A DNA stretch of 64,000 nucleotides from sequence record MN871447.1. The stretch is one strand, 5' to 3'. This document shows positions 8,823-19,183 of this stretch, in pieces; the first letter of the stretch is position 1; every line of letters starts with the position of its first letter. Made by a program: the position numbers and the translations under genes. The notes under the pieces were generated by a model. The model was given only the letters and a program-made list of their open reading frames with translations. It had not been told where the DNA came from and did not search any database.

Positions 8823-11381
8823 TCAGGATTCCTTTATAAAGAAATAGTTATTAAGCGACAGACGATTATTCAGGTAATACTGATTGACGTTCTGAAGGAA
8901 CTTCCAGCGCTTTGTAGTTACCGCGACGGCGGAGCTAAACGGGTGTGCGTCAATGAAAATGTAGTTTGTATTCCAGACGCTTCGGCACGGGTCAATATCG
9001 AGGTACTCGCTGTAGTTCTTCATGACACGGTCAAGCGAGACTTTGTCATTAACGTTCAACGGCTCAGTGATGGTTCCGTTATCGAGATCGAAGATCAGTC
9101 GTGTGATCACTACCGAGAACATCCGATAACGTTCGCTGATTGGGTTAGGGCCTGTTAAGACCTTCTCCGGGTACTTCAACGTCATGTAGTCACTGACACG
9201 TTTATCGCTCTCTGCACCCATCTGAATCAACTCAGCGTTCGCATTCGTCGATATCCCGTACAGCGGAACGAAAACCGTCTCTTCGCAGTAAGGTAAGCCG
9301 TTAGGGAGTAACGGGATTTGTTTTTCGTCAGCGTCTTCAATAAACGGCACTGTTGAAGGGTCAACCACTTTTCCGTCAATAATCGTACGTATAACCTTGT
9401 CGTCACGAATATCAAACGTACCGTTCACACTGACATAACCGTGATCTACGAATCCGATATTCAGCGGTCTTTTGTACTTCGCGCTTGGTGTTTCCCAACC
9501 TAAACAGGCAAAGGTAAAGTTTTGACTGTTACCTAACGTTTCATCGTAGTAACGATTGGTGATGACCGTTCCTTTATTTCCGTCCAGGATATAGTCGAGC
9601 CCTTCAATCAACGGATGGCCATTCATCCACACGCGCAGTTGTTGTGGCCGAATAGGAAGAATCGTCCCGAGCGTCTTACCGTAGGTCAGTGTAAAGCGGA
9701 AGATCCCGTCCGAACTCCCTACAACCTGATCGTATACAAGCGCCTCAGAGCTACTGAGGATCAGGCCCATGTTTCTGGCCTTGACGTGAATCCACGTGAC
9801 GACATTATTTAAGACCGTGTAATCCGTCCCTTCTACGGCAGGTACCCAGACGTCGGAGACAACTCCTTTGTTGATCGCCGCTTTAAAGAAGTAGTATTGG
9901 TACTTATCGTCCAGCGTGTAGTTGTTGTTACTGGGCGACCAGGTAATGGCTTTCTTACCCCACCCCATGAACCCCTCAACCAGCGCTGCCCGTTCATTCT
10001 TCACGAAGTAGCGTTCCGAGTAACCGTGCTGATTCCAGCCCAACAACACCCCGTCTTCGTCGTACTCAAAGAGCGTAGAACAGAGCGAGAGTCCAAAGGG
10101 TAGATCGACAAAACCACCGTTCGAGGAAGGCGTCACCTTCGTTGGGTTTAACGCAAAGAGTTTTGCTAATGCGTTGTAACCGTAAGCGTTGATGACGTCC
10201 GTCGCTGTAAACGAACCCCAGAAGTTTCGCATGATCGCCGTATAAAGAGAGTTTTCCAGGTTCTCTACACGCCACTCAGCCAACGTGGAATCGAGTCCAA
10301 TCATTGCTCTGAGAATGTCAGTGTCGCTTAAACGGTAAAGTGTTTCAATCCGATTCACCTCGTCAATGAGAGGGCGTTTAAAACCGGACTCACGAAGATG
10401 AAGACGAATATAAAGGTTGTCGTACGTTGTCCAGCCATCATTCAGATAAGCCGAAACATAACCCGTCGGAATACTGTAATCGGCGTGAGTTACGTTACGC
10501 AGACTGTTCTCTTTATTGCGGTGATAATAGCGACCTGAAACCGAATCATTCGCGCCGACTTTGTACATGAACAAATCGATATCGTCGACGTAATAGATTT
10601 CGTTATCGTGCGTATTTTTACTCGGGTGCAGCAGGTACTTCTTCAGGTTGTCTAACGTCGACGTATAGTCGTACAGCGACGAGACTTTGAAGTCCACTAC
10701 GTGACTCACCGCGGCATCGTAAACCGCCTCAACCAGGTCACCAATGGAAATATCAGTCGATTTGATTTCCGGCTTCCACACGCCATTATGGTAAATATTG
10801 GTTACACCGGTTAAGGTTTGCAGTGGCCGCAACCCATTAATAAACGCAGCGATATCGGTTTGCTTAGTAATCTCTCTGCCGATATAGCCCACTTTCTGAC
10901 CGATGTTATTACTTCGCTCTGAACGGAAAAAGGCGTTGTTGTAAATTCTGAGATACGCTTTCTTTTCACTTAACTCGCCAAAGATAGCGTGCTCTTTAAT
11001 CGCAATGATCAAATTGTCGTCGTAGGTACGAAGAACGTAACTGCTAAAGAGCGGGAGTTTAACGCCCGTTTCCAGATAGAGGTCAATGATCAGCGCAGTC
11101 GCTTCGCTGTAAGGTCCCAGCGCCATCCATTTTCCGCGAACGTCAGGGAGACCTGTACGCCAACGACTGTTTGCCCCGATCTGATAAAGATGATAGACGT
11201 CGCCTTCGGTAGGTAATGGGGTATCAACCCAGAGAATGGTACTGGAAACTTTCGCACCACTGTCTCGACTGATTCGCGTCAGATCGAGAATGACCTGACG
11301 ATCCTGGATAGGTGCACACCACAAATTCGTGCGTGCATGATCGAGAAGGAAACTTTCGGTTACGGAATTCATTACACGCAC
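8823..11381 (-). CDS. Virion structural protein, probable baseplate/tail component
   Basis: 852 aa; N-terminal ARTNLWCAPIQDRQ; syntenic with the phiKZ-like morphogenesis block. Confidence 0.7.
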   Translation of the reverse strand: MRVMNSVTESFLLDHARTNLWCAPIQDRQVILDLTRISRDSGAKVSSTILWVDTPLPTEGDVYHLYQIGANSRWRTGLPDVRGKWMALGPYSEATALIIDLYLETGVKLPLFSSYVLRTYDDNLIIAIKEHAIFGELSEKKAYLRIYNNAFFRSERSNNIGQKVGYIGREITKQTDIAAFINGLRPLQTLTGVTNIYHNGVWKPEIKSTDISIGDLVEAVYDAAVSHVVDFKVSSLYDYTSTLDNLKKYLLHPSKNTHDNEIYYVDDIDLFMYKVGANDSVSGRYYHRNKENSLRNVTHADYSIPTGYVSAYLNDGWTTYDNLYIRLHLRESGFKRPLIDEVNRIETLYRLSDTDILRAMIGLDSTLAEWRVENLENSLYTAIMRNFWGSFTATDVINAYGYNALAKLFALNPTKVTPSSNGGFVDLPFGLSLCSTLFEYDEDGVLLGWNQHGYSERYFVKNERAALVEGFMGWGKKAITWSPSNNNYTLDDKYQYYFFKAAINKGVVSDVWVPAVEGTDYTVLNNVVTWIHVKARNMGLILSSSEALVYDQVVGSSDGIFRFTLTYGKTLGTILPIRPQQLRVWMNGHPLIEGLDYILDGNKGTVITNRYYDETLGNSQNFTFACLGWETPSAKYKRPLNIGFVDHGYVSVNGTFDIRDDKVIRTIIDGKVVDPSTVPFIEDADEKQIPLLPNGLPYCEETVFVPLYGISTNANAELIQMGAESDKRVSDYMTLKYPEKVLTGPNPISERYRMFSVVITRLIFDLDNGTITEPLNVNDKVSLDRVMKNYSEYLDIDPCRSVWNTNYIFIDAHPFSSAVAVTTKRWKFLQNVNQYYLNNRLSLNNYFFIKES

Positions 11382-11389
11382 CTTCTACT

Positions 11390-12328
11390 TTAATAAGTTT
11401 TCTCGTGATGATTCGCCGTCAATGCGATCAGGTCGTTAACACGAGCAACGAAATCGTCGGTTTTCAGATTACGACCTTCACGGTCAATCAACTGCGTTAA
11501 CCATGCTTTACGGTATTGTTTTTCACCGGCACACGCTGAATAAATCATGGCAATAAACATCGGTGGGTATTCGAGCGCCACGGCCAATTGCTCACGGACT
11601 TCTGAACTACCAAACCAGCTGGTTGATGTCAACGTCCAGAGAATGCGTTTGTCAATTCGTTTCAGTGATAAGCTCTCACCGAATTCAGCTAACGCTTTGC
11701 AATAGTCATCGAGGTTCGCCATGTAACCAACTGGACGCAACCACAGATCCAGTTTCTGATAAGGGATATTCAGGATGCGACTGATCTTCACGCAGAAGAC
11801 CTCGTGACGACGATCGTTAAAGTCTTTCGCATCGCAGTGTAAGCAGTAGTAATAATAAGCAGTGATTGCTTTGAGTTTTTCTGCAACCAGCTCATTCAGG
11901 TTCAGTTTGTTTTTGAGCAGCCCAGTTAACCATTTAGCAAAGATTGCCAACGGGACATCAACGTTGAAATAGAACGCATCGATATTCCCTTCCGACCAAG
12001 CCATCTCCAGAACAGCACGGCGGAAAATGATCCCGACAGAACCTTCATTAACAAAGTCTGTGGTACCGTCTGCATTTAATTTTAACGTCCCGCGGTAAGG
12101 GCGAAGATCAATATATGTATACGGTATACTTTGAACTTCTTGAGAAAGGGGATGACGAAAGACAGGAATGGCTTCCAATTCTGGGGTTTTCTCCAGTACC
12201 GCGAACAGCCCTTTAAAGTGGTTAATTGGGGTTAATGCACCTTCTGCGTTCGCCACCAACATCTTCCCGGGTAGACTCGCAGGAAAAATAGAACTGCCGG
12301 CTGAGGTGTCAAAACTGTGTTTAAACAT
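11390..12328 (-). CDS. Putative virion structural protein
   Basis: 312 aa, divergent from the sheath gene as in the phiKZ-like block. Confidence 0.6.
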   Translation of the reverse strand: MFKHSFDTSAGSSIFPASLPGKMLVANAEGALTPINHFKGLFAVLEKTPELEAIPVFRHPLSQEVQSIPYTYIDLRPYRGTLKLNADGTTDFVNEGSVGIIFRRAVLEMAWSEGNIDAFYFNVDVPLAIFAKWLTGLLKNKLNLNELVAEKLKAITAYYYYCLHCDAKDFNDRRHEVFCVKISRILNIPYQKLDLWLRPVGYMANLDDYCKALAEFGESLSLKRIDKRILWTLTSTSWFGSSEVREQLAVALEYPPMFIAMIYSACAGEKQYRKAWLTQLIDREGRNLKTDDFVARVNDLIALTANHHEKTY

Positions 12329-12491
12329 TGCTTAATTCTCCGATAATGACCGTGACCTATAGAATGTTAATATGACGACGTTTCCGTATTACCGGTAAAC
12401 TATGGTTTAAAAACCACCCAAGCTTGGATTTAGCGTCATCAAGTAGCTACATAATTTATGCGGTACCCACTCTTTTTAAGAGGCAAAAGAC

Positions 12492-14561
12492 ATGTCAGAA
12501 CAAATTACGGGATCAACACCCAGAATTTATTACCGCGGTACGAAGGATATTTCGTTCACCCGTTCTACGGGTTCAACGACGACCCTGGCTCTTCATCGAC
12601 CGCTCATCATGTTCTTCGGCCAGAAAGGTCCAACTGTCCCTACCTGGATCGATCCGGTAAAATTCGAAGACATTTACGGTAGCGAAACTACCAACCTTTC
12701 CGGCGTTTATGCGACCCACAGTACTCCTTTTATTAAGGAAGCGATTGCAGCGGGTAACCAGTTCCTGGCCTTGCGTCTGGAACCGGCAGATATCCCTGAC
12801 GTCGCCACGCTGGGTCTCTCCGTCGATTGGGTAAAAACCAAAATCGACGACTATGAGCGTAACGACGACGGAACTTATAAAACCGATACCAACGGTGACA
12901 AAATTCCGCTGGCCACGCAAGTAGACGGGATCAAATTCCGCTTTGTTCTCTCTAAAATTGAGACGGACGAGTCGGGCGTTTCCCAGTACAAAAAACGTAC
13001 CGCTTCTGCGGGGACAATCGGTACCGCTGAGAACCCGTCAACGATCACGCCACTGGCCGATTTCCGTTGCCGTTATAAATCGTCTCTCGGTGCGAATACA
13101 GCGATCCGTATTTGGGCACCGACTGTCAATTCGACTCAGGCCGCTGATGCCGATCTGCAAGAACGTATCAAATCGTTCCTGTACCGCTTCCAGCTCCTGA
13201 CCCGTACCGATAAAAACAGTTCACCAACTATTTTTGAGACGATCTATAATGAAGCGTCTCTGTCGGTCGGTTTCGGTGAGAACTTAGTCGATCCGCAGAC
13301 CGAAGTGGTTTACGATTTCGCGGAACGTATCGAAAGTCGTTACAACGACGAAGATCCATCGACTTACCTGATGTCGCCGATCGATGCGCCGTACCTGTAT
13401 CAGTCCAACATTGATACCGTCCTGAAAGCAGTACAGTCGGTGGAATCCACCTTCGGTACGGTTTCTGACGATGAAGCGGATCTCTACACAATTAACCTGT
13501 TCGGTGCGCAGACGGTAGAGGGTGTACCGTATCACGCTGTTCAGATTATGGGCGTACTGGATGGTGGCGTCACGCTGACAGAAACCTCCACCAACTACCT
13601 GCAAGGCGGTGGTGACGGTACGCTGGGTAACGCCAGTTTCAACGCTGCCGCTAACCTGGTGCTGTCCAACATGTCCAGCGGCGCATCTTTCAATATCGGT
13701 AACTACGCGCGTTATCCGTTCAATGCGTTCTGGGATTCCGGTTTCGACCTGAAGACCAAACAACTGATTCCGCAATTGATCGGTCTGCGTGCAGACACCT
13801 GGATCGCCCTGTCGACTCAGGACATCAGCCTCGACTTCAACAGCAATGAAGAAGAAGAATCGATCGCGCTGTCCCTGATGTCTCGCGTAAACGCTTTCCC
13901 GGACTCCTCTGATTTCGGTACCCCGGCGTTCCGCGGTATGATCGTAGGTGGTGCAGGTTATTACACGGAAACTACGCGTAAGCTGGCGGTCCCGCTGACC
14001 CTCGACCGTTTCCGTGCTTACTGCCAGTATGCCGGCGCTTCTGACGGTGTACTCAAACCGGAATACGCGGTGGATGAAGGTGAGAACCGGAAAGTCCAGG
14101 TGGTTAAAAATATTAACAACCTCGATAAATCCTGGCGCGTTCGTCGTGCGCAGTGGAACAACAACCTGGTTTACGTAGAAGACTACGATACCGGTTCGCA
14201 GTTCTACCCGGGCCAGCAGTCGTTCTACAGCGAACAAGGTTCCGTACTGAAGGCGGCTATCGTGGGTCTGTGCGTGGCTAACCTGAACCGTTTCGCTTTC
14301 GAAGCGTGGCGTGACCTGAGCGGTACTCAGAAACTCACCGACGATCAGTTGATTGAGCGCTCTGACGAAATCGTGAGCACCCGCGGTGCCGGTGCCTTCG
14401 ATAACCGCCTGATCTTCACGCCGCATTCTGAGATTACCCAGGCCGATAAAGAACGTGGTTATTCTTGGTCTATGCGCATTGACTTCGGTGCTAACGCGTT
14501 CCGTACCGTAATGGATATGTCTTCTGTCGCATACACCAGAGAGGAATTAGCAAATGGCTAA
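12492..14561 (+). CDS. Tail sheath protein
   Basis: 689 aa; FFGQKGP and YPFNAFWDSGF motifs, C-terminal RGYSWSMRIDF; strong codon bias; precedes the tube gene. Confidence 0.9.
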   Translation: MSEQITGSTPRIYYRGTKDISFTRSTGSTTTLALHRPLIMFFGQKGPTVPTWIDPVKFEDIYGSETTNLSGVYATHSTPFIKEAIAAGNQFLALRLEPADIPDVATLGLSVDWVKTKIDDYERNDDGTYKTDTNGDKIPLATQVDGIKFRFVLSKIETDESGVSQYKKRTASAGTIGTAENPSTITPLADFRCRYKSSLGANTAIRIWAPTVNSTQAADADLQERIKSFLYRFQLLTRTDKNSSPTIFETIYNEASLSVGFGENLVDPQTEVVYDFAERIESRYNDEDPSTYLMSPIDAPYLYQSNIDTVLKAVQSVESTFGTVSDDEADLYTINLFGAQTVEGVPYHAVQIMGVLDGGVTLTETSTNYLQGGGDGTLGNASFNAAANLVLSNMSSGASFNIGNYARYPFNAFWDSGFDLKTKQLIPQLIGLRADTWIALSTQDISLDFNSNEEEESIALSLMSRVNAFPDSSDFGTPAFRGMIVGGAGYYTETTRKLAVPLTLDRFRAYCQYAGASDGVLKPEYAVDEGENRKVQVVKNINNLDKSWRVRRAQWNNNLVYVEDYDTGSQFYPGQQSFYSEQGSVLKAAIVGLCVANLNRFAFEAWRDLSGTQKLTDDQLIERSDEIVSTRGAGAFDNRLIFTPHSEITQADKERGYSWSMRIDFGANAFRTVMDMSSVAYTREELANG

Positions 14562-15429
14562 GAAAGATCCGAACACAGTCATGAGTGCTAATAGTTCGTA
14601 CGCTAACGGGGCCAATGGTCCCGTGACGAACTTGGAAATCCCAGCACCCTATGGCTATACCCCTGACTTCCGTTATTACCACGCTGCGGCCGATTATACT
14701 CGTCGCCCGACCATCGCGTTTCTGATGGAGTTGCCTAACTGCTTCAAAGACACCGATGACCCGGAAAAATGGGGCGGTTCACTGAAAGCGCTAATCGAGA
14801 TGCACGCTCGTACGATCGACGGTATCGATTACACGCTGGAAGTAGAACACGTTGAAACCCCGTTCGGTGGCGGCGGCGAAATGATGCAAACGCTGTCCAA
14901 GGTTCGTCGCGCTCGTTCTGTCCCGGTCTTTACCTGGGTAGAAAAAGTAGGGATGCCGGTTTCCCGTTACTGGAACAACTACATCCTGTACTTCATGGGC
15001 GAACCTAACTCCAACGTCGCAGGGATTATTGGTAAAGGTGGTATTACCCCGGCTGCAACTTACCCGGATTACAACACCTTCTCTATCCTGTTTGTGGAAC
15101 CGGATCCGACCGAACGTTACGCGTTGCGTTCTACGCTGATCACTAACATGCAACCGACCGGCCAAGGCCCAGAAATGCGCATGTCAAAAGATCAGACCTC
15201 TTCACCGGAACAGCTCCAGGTATCCTTGACGATGACCGGTCTGCAGATGGTAGGTCGCGGCGTTGATAAACTCGGTCAGATGATGTTGGACCGCGCGTCC
15301 CAGACGGGTATCGATCTTAACGCCCAACCTGCCTTCTTGAGCGATCGTGAAGCAGACGTGGCGGCAAGAGACGACGGGTATATCGAACAATTAGTTTCGA
15401 GCCTGTCTAAACCTGGCGTGGCGATCTAA
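14554..15429 (+). CDS. Tail tube protein
   Basis: 291 aa directly after the sheath; HARTIDG and WVEKVGMPV motifs typical of phiKZ-like tubes. Confidence 0.85.
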   Translation: MAKKDPNTVMSANSSYANGANGPVTNLEIPAPYGYTPDFRYYHAAADYTRRPTIAFLMELPNCFKDTDDPEKWGGSLKALIEMHARTIDGIDYTLEVEHVETPFGGGGEMMQTLSKVRRARSVPVFTWVEKVGMPVSRYWNNYILYFMGEPNSNVAGIIGKGGITPAATYPDYNTFSILFVEPDPTERYALRSTLITNMQPTGQGPEMRMSKDQTSSPEQLQVSLTMTGLQMVGRGVDKLGQMMLDRASQTGIDLNAQPAFLSDREADVAARDDGYIEQLVSSLSKPGVAI

Positions 15430-15455
15430 GTTATCAACACCTTAGTAAATAGATT

Positions 15456-15490
15456 CCTCAAGGAACCTTCGGGTTCCTTGAGGTTTATTC
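15456..15490 (+). terminator. Intrinsic terminator after the tube gene
   Basis: CCTCAAGGAACC-TTCG-GGTTCCTTGAGG then TTTATT. Confidence 0.9.
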
Positions 15491-15556
15491 TCTTAAGTTT
15501 TTTATTTTACCAACCTGCAATAATCATCCTATGAAAGAATAGTTGAGAGGTGAATT

Positions 15557-16201
15557 ATGTTTGATAAAAACGCAGCATTAAAATTACAGCAGTCGTTAAA
15601 GAACGCGGGTTTCGATCCGAAAGGCGTTGATGGTTTATGGGGTAAGAACTCGCAAGCGGCACTTGATGCTTCTTTCGAGAAGTATGACATCGCGTGGAGT
15701 GCAATCCCCTCACTGGAGTTCGTCAACAAGACGAAAGACATCGTGGCAAAATTAGGCGGTGATCCGAGTCATTTGATGTCGTGCATGGCGTTTGAAACCG
15801 GCCGTACCTTTAGCCCCACAATTAAAAACGGTGCAGGCGCGCCTTACTGGGGAATCATTCAGGGCGGTGCCGCATTCTGCAAAGACGTCGGGATCACACT
15901 TGATCAGTGGAAGTCCATGACCAACGTACAACAGCTAGACTACGTGTATAAATGGTATATCCCTTATAAAGGGAAACTGAACGATCTGCCGTCTTGGTAT
16001 TTAAGAATTCTCTGGCCCGTTGCCGTGACCAAACCGGATTCTTACGTCATGTGGGACAGTAAAACGCGTCCGACGACTTATCTCCAGAACAAGGGTCTCG
16101 ACGTGAACAAAGATGGGTTGATTACGCGTGGGGAAGTGGCTAAAGTTATTTACAACATGTATGCGGAAGGTTGTTTAATCGAAAAACGCCGACCGCTTTA
16201 A
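15557..16201 (+). CDS. Modular endolysin: peptidoglycan-binding domain plus lysozyme/SLT-like domain
   Basis: LQQSLKNAGF...VDGLWGKNS (PG-binding), MAFETG with catalytic Glu, YLQNKGLDVNKDG. Confidence 0.85.
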   Translation: MFDKNAALKLQQSLKNAGFDPKGVDGLWGKNSQAALDASFEKYDIAWSAIPSLEFVNKTKDIVAKLGGDPSHLMSCMAFETGRTFSPTIKNGAGAPYWGIIQGGAAFCKDVGITLDQWKSMTNVQQLDYVYKWYIPYKGKLNDLPSWYLRILWPVAVTKPDSYVMWDSKTRPTTYLQNKGLDVNKDGLITRGEVAKVIYNMYAEGCLIEKRRPL

Positions 16202-16211
16202 GCGAGGCGAT

Positions 16212-16337
16212 ATGGGTGTGAGTACTCTTACCGGTGTTGACGTTATAATTATTTGCACCGGTATTCTTGTCACCATGGCTACAACAGCGTTTGTTATTTC
16301 TATCCTGTTTGATGACAAAAATAAAAAAGATGAATAA
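16212..16337 (+). CDS. 41-aa single-TM peptide after the endolysin (not in track)
   Basis: GAGG RBS; MGVSTLTGVDVIIICTGILVTMATTAFVISILFDDKNKKDE; ends just before a terminator. Confidence 0.6.
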   Translation: MGVSTLTGVDVIIICTGILVTMATTAFVISILFDDKNKKDE

Positions 16338-16339
16338 TT

Positions 16340-16371
16340 AAAAGAGAGAGTCCAAATGGACTCTCTCTTTG
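16340..16371. terminator. Bidirectional terminator
   Basis: AAAGAGAGAGTCC-AAAT-GGACTCTCTCTTT. Confidence 0.85.
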
Positions 16372-16375
16372 TGTT

Positions 16376-16975
16376 TTACCCTAAATGCTTCACCGCGAGA
16401 TCGAAGACTTTTTGCTTCACGTCATCGAAGGTGAACAGACGTTCGTAAGCGGTTTCTTTCTGGTTCCACAACTTGTCCATCAAAAAGACGTTACTGACTT
16501 CGTTGCGATCAGTACCATTCCAGTGCGGGTTATCGTCAAAGAGGTAATACTGATACCCCTTAAGGTTCTGGTCTAACCACGTCTTTTTACACGGCACAAT
16601 GGCAGGGTCAAGGAAAACTCCTTCCATCTCAATGCCCAGACGATCAAACTGTTTCTGCGTAAACTCTGCTGCGCGAGAATGATACCCGCGGTGCGTGGCG
16701 AACATCGTTTGAATGCGAGACCCAAAGACCGTTTGCATTTCGTTAATGAGCGAAGGGAGTTGCTCAAAGCCCGAAACCCATTCTGCTTCTTCCATGAAAT
16801 GGCCGTCTTCTAAAACCGCCTTGAGGTAAGGCGCTTCAAACGGATCGGTTCTCGAGAGACGGTTCTTCCAAACCAGACCACAGTTGAAGGTCCGATTGAT
16901 CCAATTAGTCATCGCCACTTCAGTTTCGAATTTAGTGTCATCTAAATCGAAAACGAACATCAATTTTTCCATCAT
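16376..16975 (-). CDS. HAD-superfamily hydrolase, 5'(3')-nucleotidase-like
   Basis: Motif I FDLDDT, motif IV LFDDNP. Confidence 0.7.
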   Translation of the reverse strand: MMEKLMFVFDLDDTKFETEVAMTNWINRTFNCGLVWKNRLSRTDPFEAPYLKAVLEDGHFMEEAEWVSGFEQLPSLINEMQTVFGSRIQTMFATHRGYHSRAAEFTQKQFDRLGIEMEGVFLDPAIVPCKKTWLDQNLKGYQYYLFDDNPHWNGTDRNEVSNVFLMDKLWNQKETAYERLFTFDDVKQKVFDLAVKHLG

Positions 16976-17472
16976 TTACCTTTACGTTGAATATAGAGTT
17001 CCAGCGACTCTTTGAGATTCTCAAGGAAGCTTTGGTTTTGACTGGTCAACTTAAAAGTTCCGCCGCTCCCGGAAATGACCAGAGTTTGCCAGAATAAAGA
17101 AATGGCGTTAAACTTCCTCAGATCGATGTGGAGCGTATGAGGTCCCCAATATACCATTATCTCAAGGTCTTGAATAAAACGCGTTCTAGGGTGTTCTGAG
17201 GAGTTCTCAAAGACCCCTTCGTGAAGAAGATAGTCCGACCACTGCGAGATGATATATTTAAAGACGGTTTCCGCCTCTACAAGGTCAAGTGTTTGGATGT
17301 TAGTGATGTTGTTATCCTGGTCGATAACCGAGACAAAAGTTTTCGGATAGAGCGTACCTAAACTCTGCGCTTTATCAACGTTTTTGATTCGGTTAAGGTC
17401 AACGTAGTAAACACCCTTGGTCGTCGAGATAAACAGTTTATCCGACTGTATCCGTTGTAAAAGAGTTTCCAT
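16972..17472 (-). CDS. Hypothetical protein
   Basis: 166-aa ORF overlapping the next gene by 4 nt. Confidence 0.75.
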   Translation of the reverse strand: METLLQRIQSDKLFISTTKGVYYVDLNRIKNVDKAQSLGTLYPKTFVSVIDQDNNITNIQTLDLVEAETVFKYIISQWSDYLLHEGVFENSSEHPRTRFIQDLEIMVYWGPHTLHIDLRKFNAISLFWQTLVISGSGGTFKLTSQNQSFLENLKESLELYIQRKGK

Positions 17473-17477
17473 CAGTT

Positions 17478-18440
17478 TTACCCTTTGTTATTTGTACCCA
17501 GTTCACTGTATTGATCGAGTAAAAAGTTAAGATACGCCTCATGGGGATCAGTGCGGAAAATCATCTCATGAAGCACGGTAAAAGGTACAGGATGGTCAAA
17601 GACCCCGCCAGCAGCCTCAGCGTGCCCTCCACCGTTAAATCGCACCGCGGCTTGTTGTGCCAAACCTGTCCCTTTGCGTGACCGGAACGACAAACCGAGA
17701 CCGTTCCGGTTTAACGTTACGTTCACGACCAGATTAACTTTGTCGTCTTGGGCCATGATTGTACTGGCCGCTTCAGAAGCGTAATAATACGGAGCAGAAA
17801 TATACGCCACTGAGAAAGGACTTTCTGCCGCCTCTTCAATAATGACTGCTTTATTCAGGTGAAACGCAATATTTTTATCCCGACCTTTTACTAACAGTTC
17901 GGCCTGCGGGCGGAGAATTTCTTCAACTTGTTCTTTGCTGTATTTAAACAACTCAATGAAAGGTGGGAAAATTTCATCCTTATCCCCCTTCTTCAAATAC
18001 TGAACAAAGAGTTCGTGGTAATTCCGTTCGCTCTCTTCTGCAATCCAGAGGTCGCGGTTATTGATTAAACGAATCACTTCTGGCATAGGGGTAGAATTAA
18101 CATATTTCCATGCTAAACCCGCCCCTGAAAGTTCTGTGTCGAAATAAACAACCGTCGCCCCGAAGAATTTTTGGATCTTATCACATTCTTCTTTTTTGTC
18201 TGCATGATGATCGAGGATCACGATAGACCGTATACGTGTCGCGTTCTTCTCAACCCATTCAAACGGTGGGGTGAAATCGACAAAAACAATATGCACCGGC
18301 TCCTCATTTTCTAAGTCCGGCATAGCACGGTAGTTTACCGGGATGAAAGTCTGCAGCCTTGTATATTGATACATGATTGCCGCTGCCGCGAAACCGTCCA
18401 TGCAAAGGTCGTGGTAATAAACGATTATTTCATTATTCAT
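17478..18440 (-). CDS. DHH/DHHA1 phosphoesterase
   Basis: YHDLCMDG, FVDF, ILDHH, NNRDLW, SFRS...GGGHAEAAG. Confidence 0.9.
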   Translation of the reverse strand: MNNEIIVYYHDLCMDGFAAAAIMYQYTRLQTFIPVNYRAMPDLENEEPVHIVFVDFTPPFEWVEKNATRIRSIVILDHHADKKEECDKIQKFFGATVVYFDTELSGAGLAWKYVNSTPMPEVIRLINNRDLWIAEESERNYHELFVQYLKKGDKDEIFPPFIELFKYSKEQVEEILRPQAELLVKGRDKNIAFHLNKAVIIEEAAESPFSVAYISAPYYYASEAASTIMAQDDKVNLVVNVTLNRNGLGLSFRSRKGTGLAQQAAVRFNGGGHAEAAGGVFDHPVPFTVLHEMIFRTDPHEAYLNFLLDQYSELGTNNKG

Positions 18441-18487
18441 AAATTCTCCAAAAAAATAAAAGAGGGGAATTTTCCCCTCTGTGATAG

Positions 18488-18739
18488 TTAGGCCAGGATT
18501 TTTAAAATCTGACGACCGTAGAACGTTTGGGTTAAGACGTTCAATTTAAACTCGGCCTTTTCAGGATAAACAATGAATTGTTCGCAGATATTTTTCGTCT
18601 CGTCAAAACGAAGACGTTTAAAAATCCGTTCCGCGACCCGTTTCATGATTTTTGCTTTTCCGTTGTGTTCGCGAAAGGCTATGGCTAATGTAACGAGCAG
18701 ATCGATCATCTCGTGATCAATTAAACGTCTATCGCTCAT
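18488..18739 (-). CDS. Hypothetical protein
   Basis: 83-aa helical ORF overlapping the upstream gene. Confidence 0.7.
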   Translation of the reverse strand: MSDRRLIDHEMIDLLVTLAIAFREHNGKAKIMKRVAERIFKRLRFDETKNICEQFIVYPEKAEFKLNVLTQTFYGRQILKILA

Positions 18740-19083
18740 CCCGCGACATCCAGATTAGTGTAAAGTACAGAACAAGTGTCATCTCCGTCAAAAACAACAC
18801 CGCTTTCATTCAACCAACGAACAGTTTCCTTTTTCTGCGTGAAAGAGACCGTACTGTAAACTTTATACCCTGGCGTCTGCGCCTCGCCTTCCATGGCAGA
18901 AAGCGAAGAAGGCTTAGCACGCATAAAGGTGACATGAACGGTTTTAGGGTTAACGCCAGGGAACAACGTCACCGCGTTTTTAACCTCAGTGTTGACGCGA
19001 TCGATACAAGCGCTATTCGGCGCAGCTTGGGCGGTCGTAGCAGTGAACAGTAGAGCGATGGCCATCAAAGTAATCTTTTTCAT
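18736..19083 (-). CDS. Exported hypothetical protein
   Basis: Signal peptide MKKITLMAIALLFTATTAQA; two Cys; GGAG RBS. Confidence 0.8.
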   Translation of the reverse strand: MKKITLMAIALLFTATTAQAAPNSACIDRVNTEVKNAVTLFPGVNPKTVHVTFMRAKPSSLSAMEGEAQTPGYKVYSTVSFTQKKETVRWLNESGVVFDGDDTCSVLYTNLDVAG

Positions 19084-19183
19084 TTTCTTCTCCTTCTAAA
19101 ACGCGGTTCTTTTGTTCGTTGTCTAAGTGAATCCCGATTTCGCTCATAGCGGCAAAGAAATCGTCGTCGGTGAAATTTTTCAT
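19013..19183 (-). CDS. Possible 56-aa acidic protein
   Basis: ATGA overlap with the upstream stop at 19180-19183, but overlaps the next gene by about 70 nt. Confidence 0.4.
   Translation of the reverse strand: MKNFTDDDFFAAMSEIGIHLDNEQKNRVLEGEENEKDYFDGHRSTVHCYDRPSCAE

Noticed and set aside
8805-9158. Short antisense or alternate-frame track ORFs within long genes (for example 8805, 14791, 25033, 45010, 54961)
   Set aside because: Fully nested in well-supported genes, with no RBS or motifs.
13284-14426. 380-aa antisense ORF inside the sheath gene
   Set aside because: Shadow of a strongly codon-biased gene; no RBS and no recognisable motifs.
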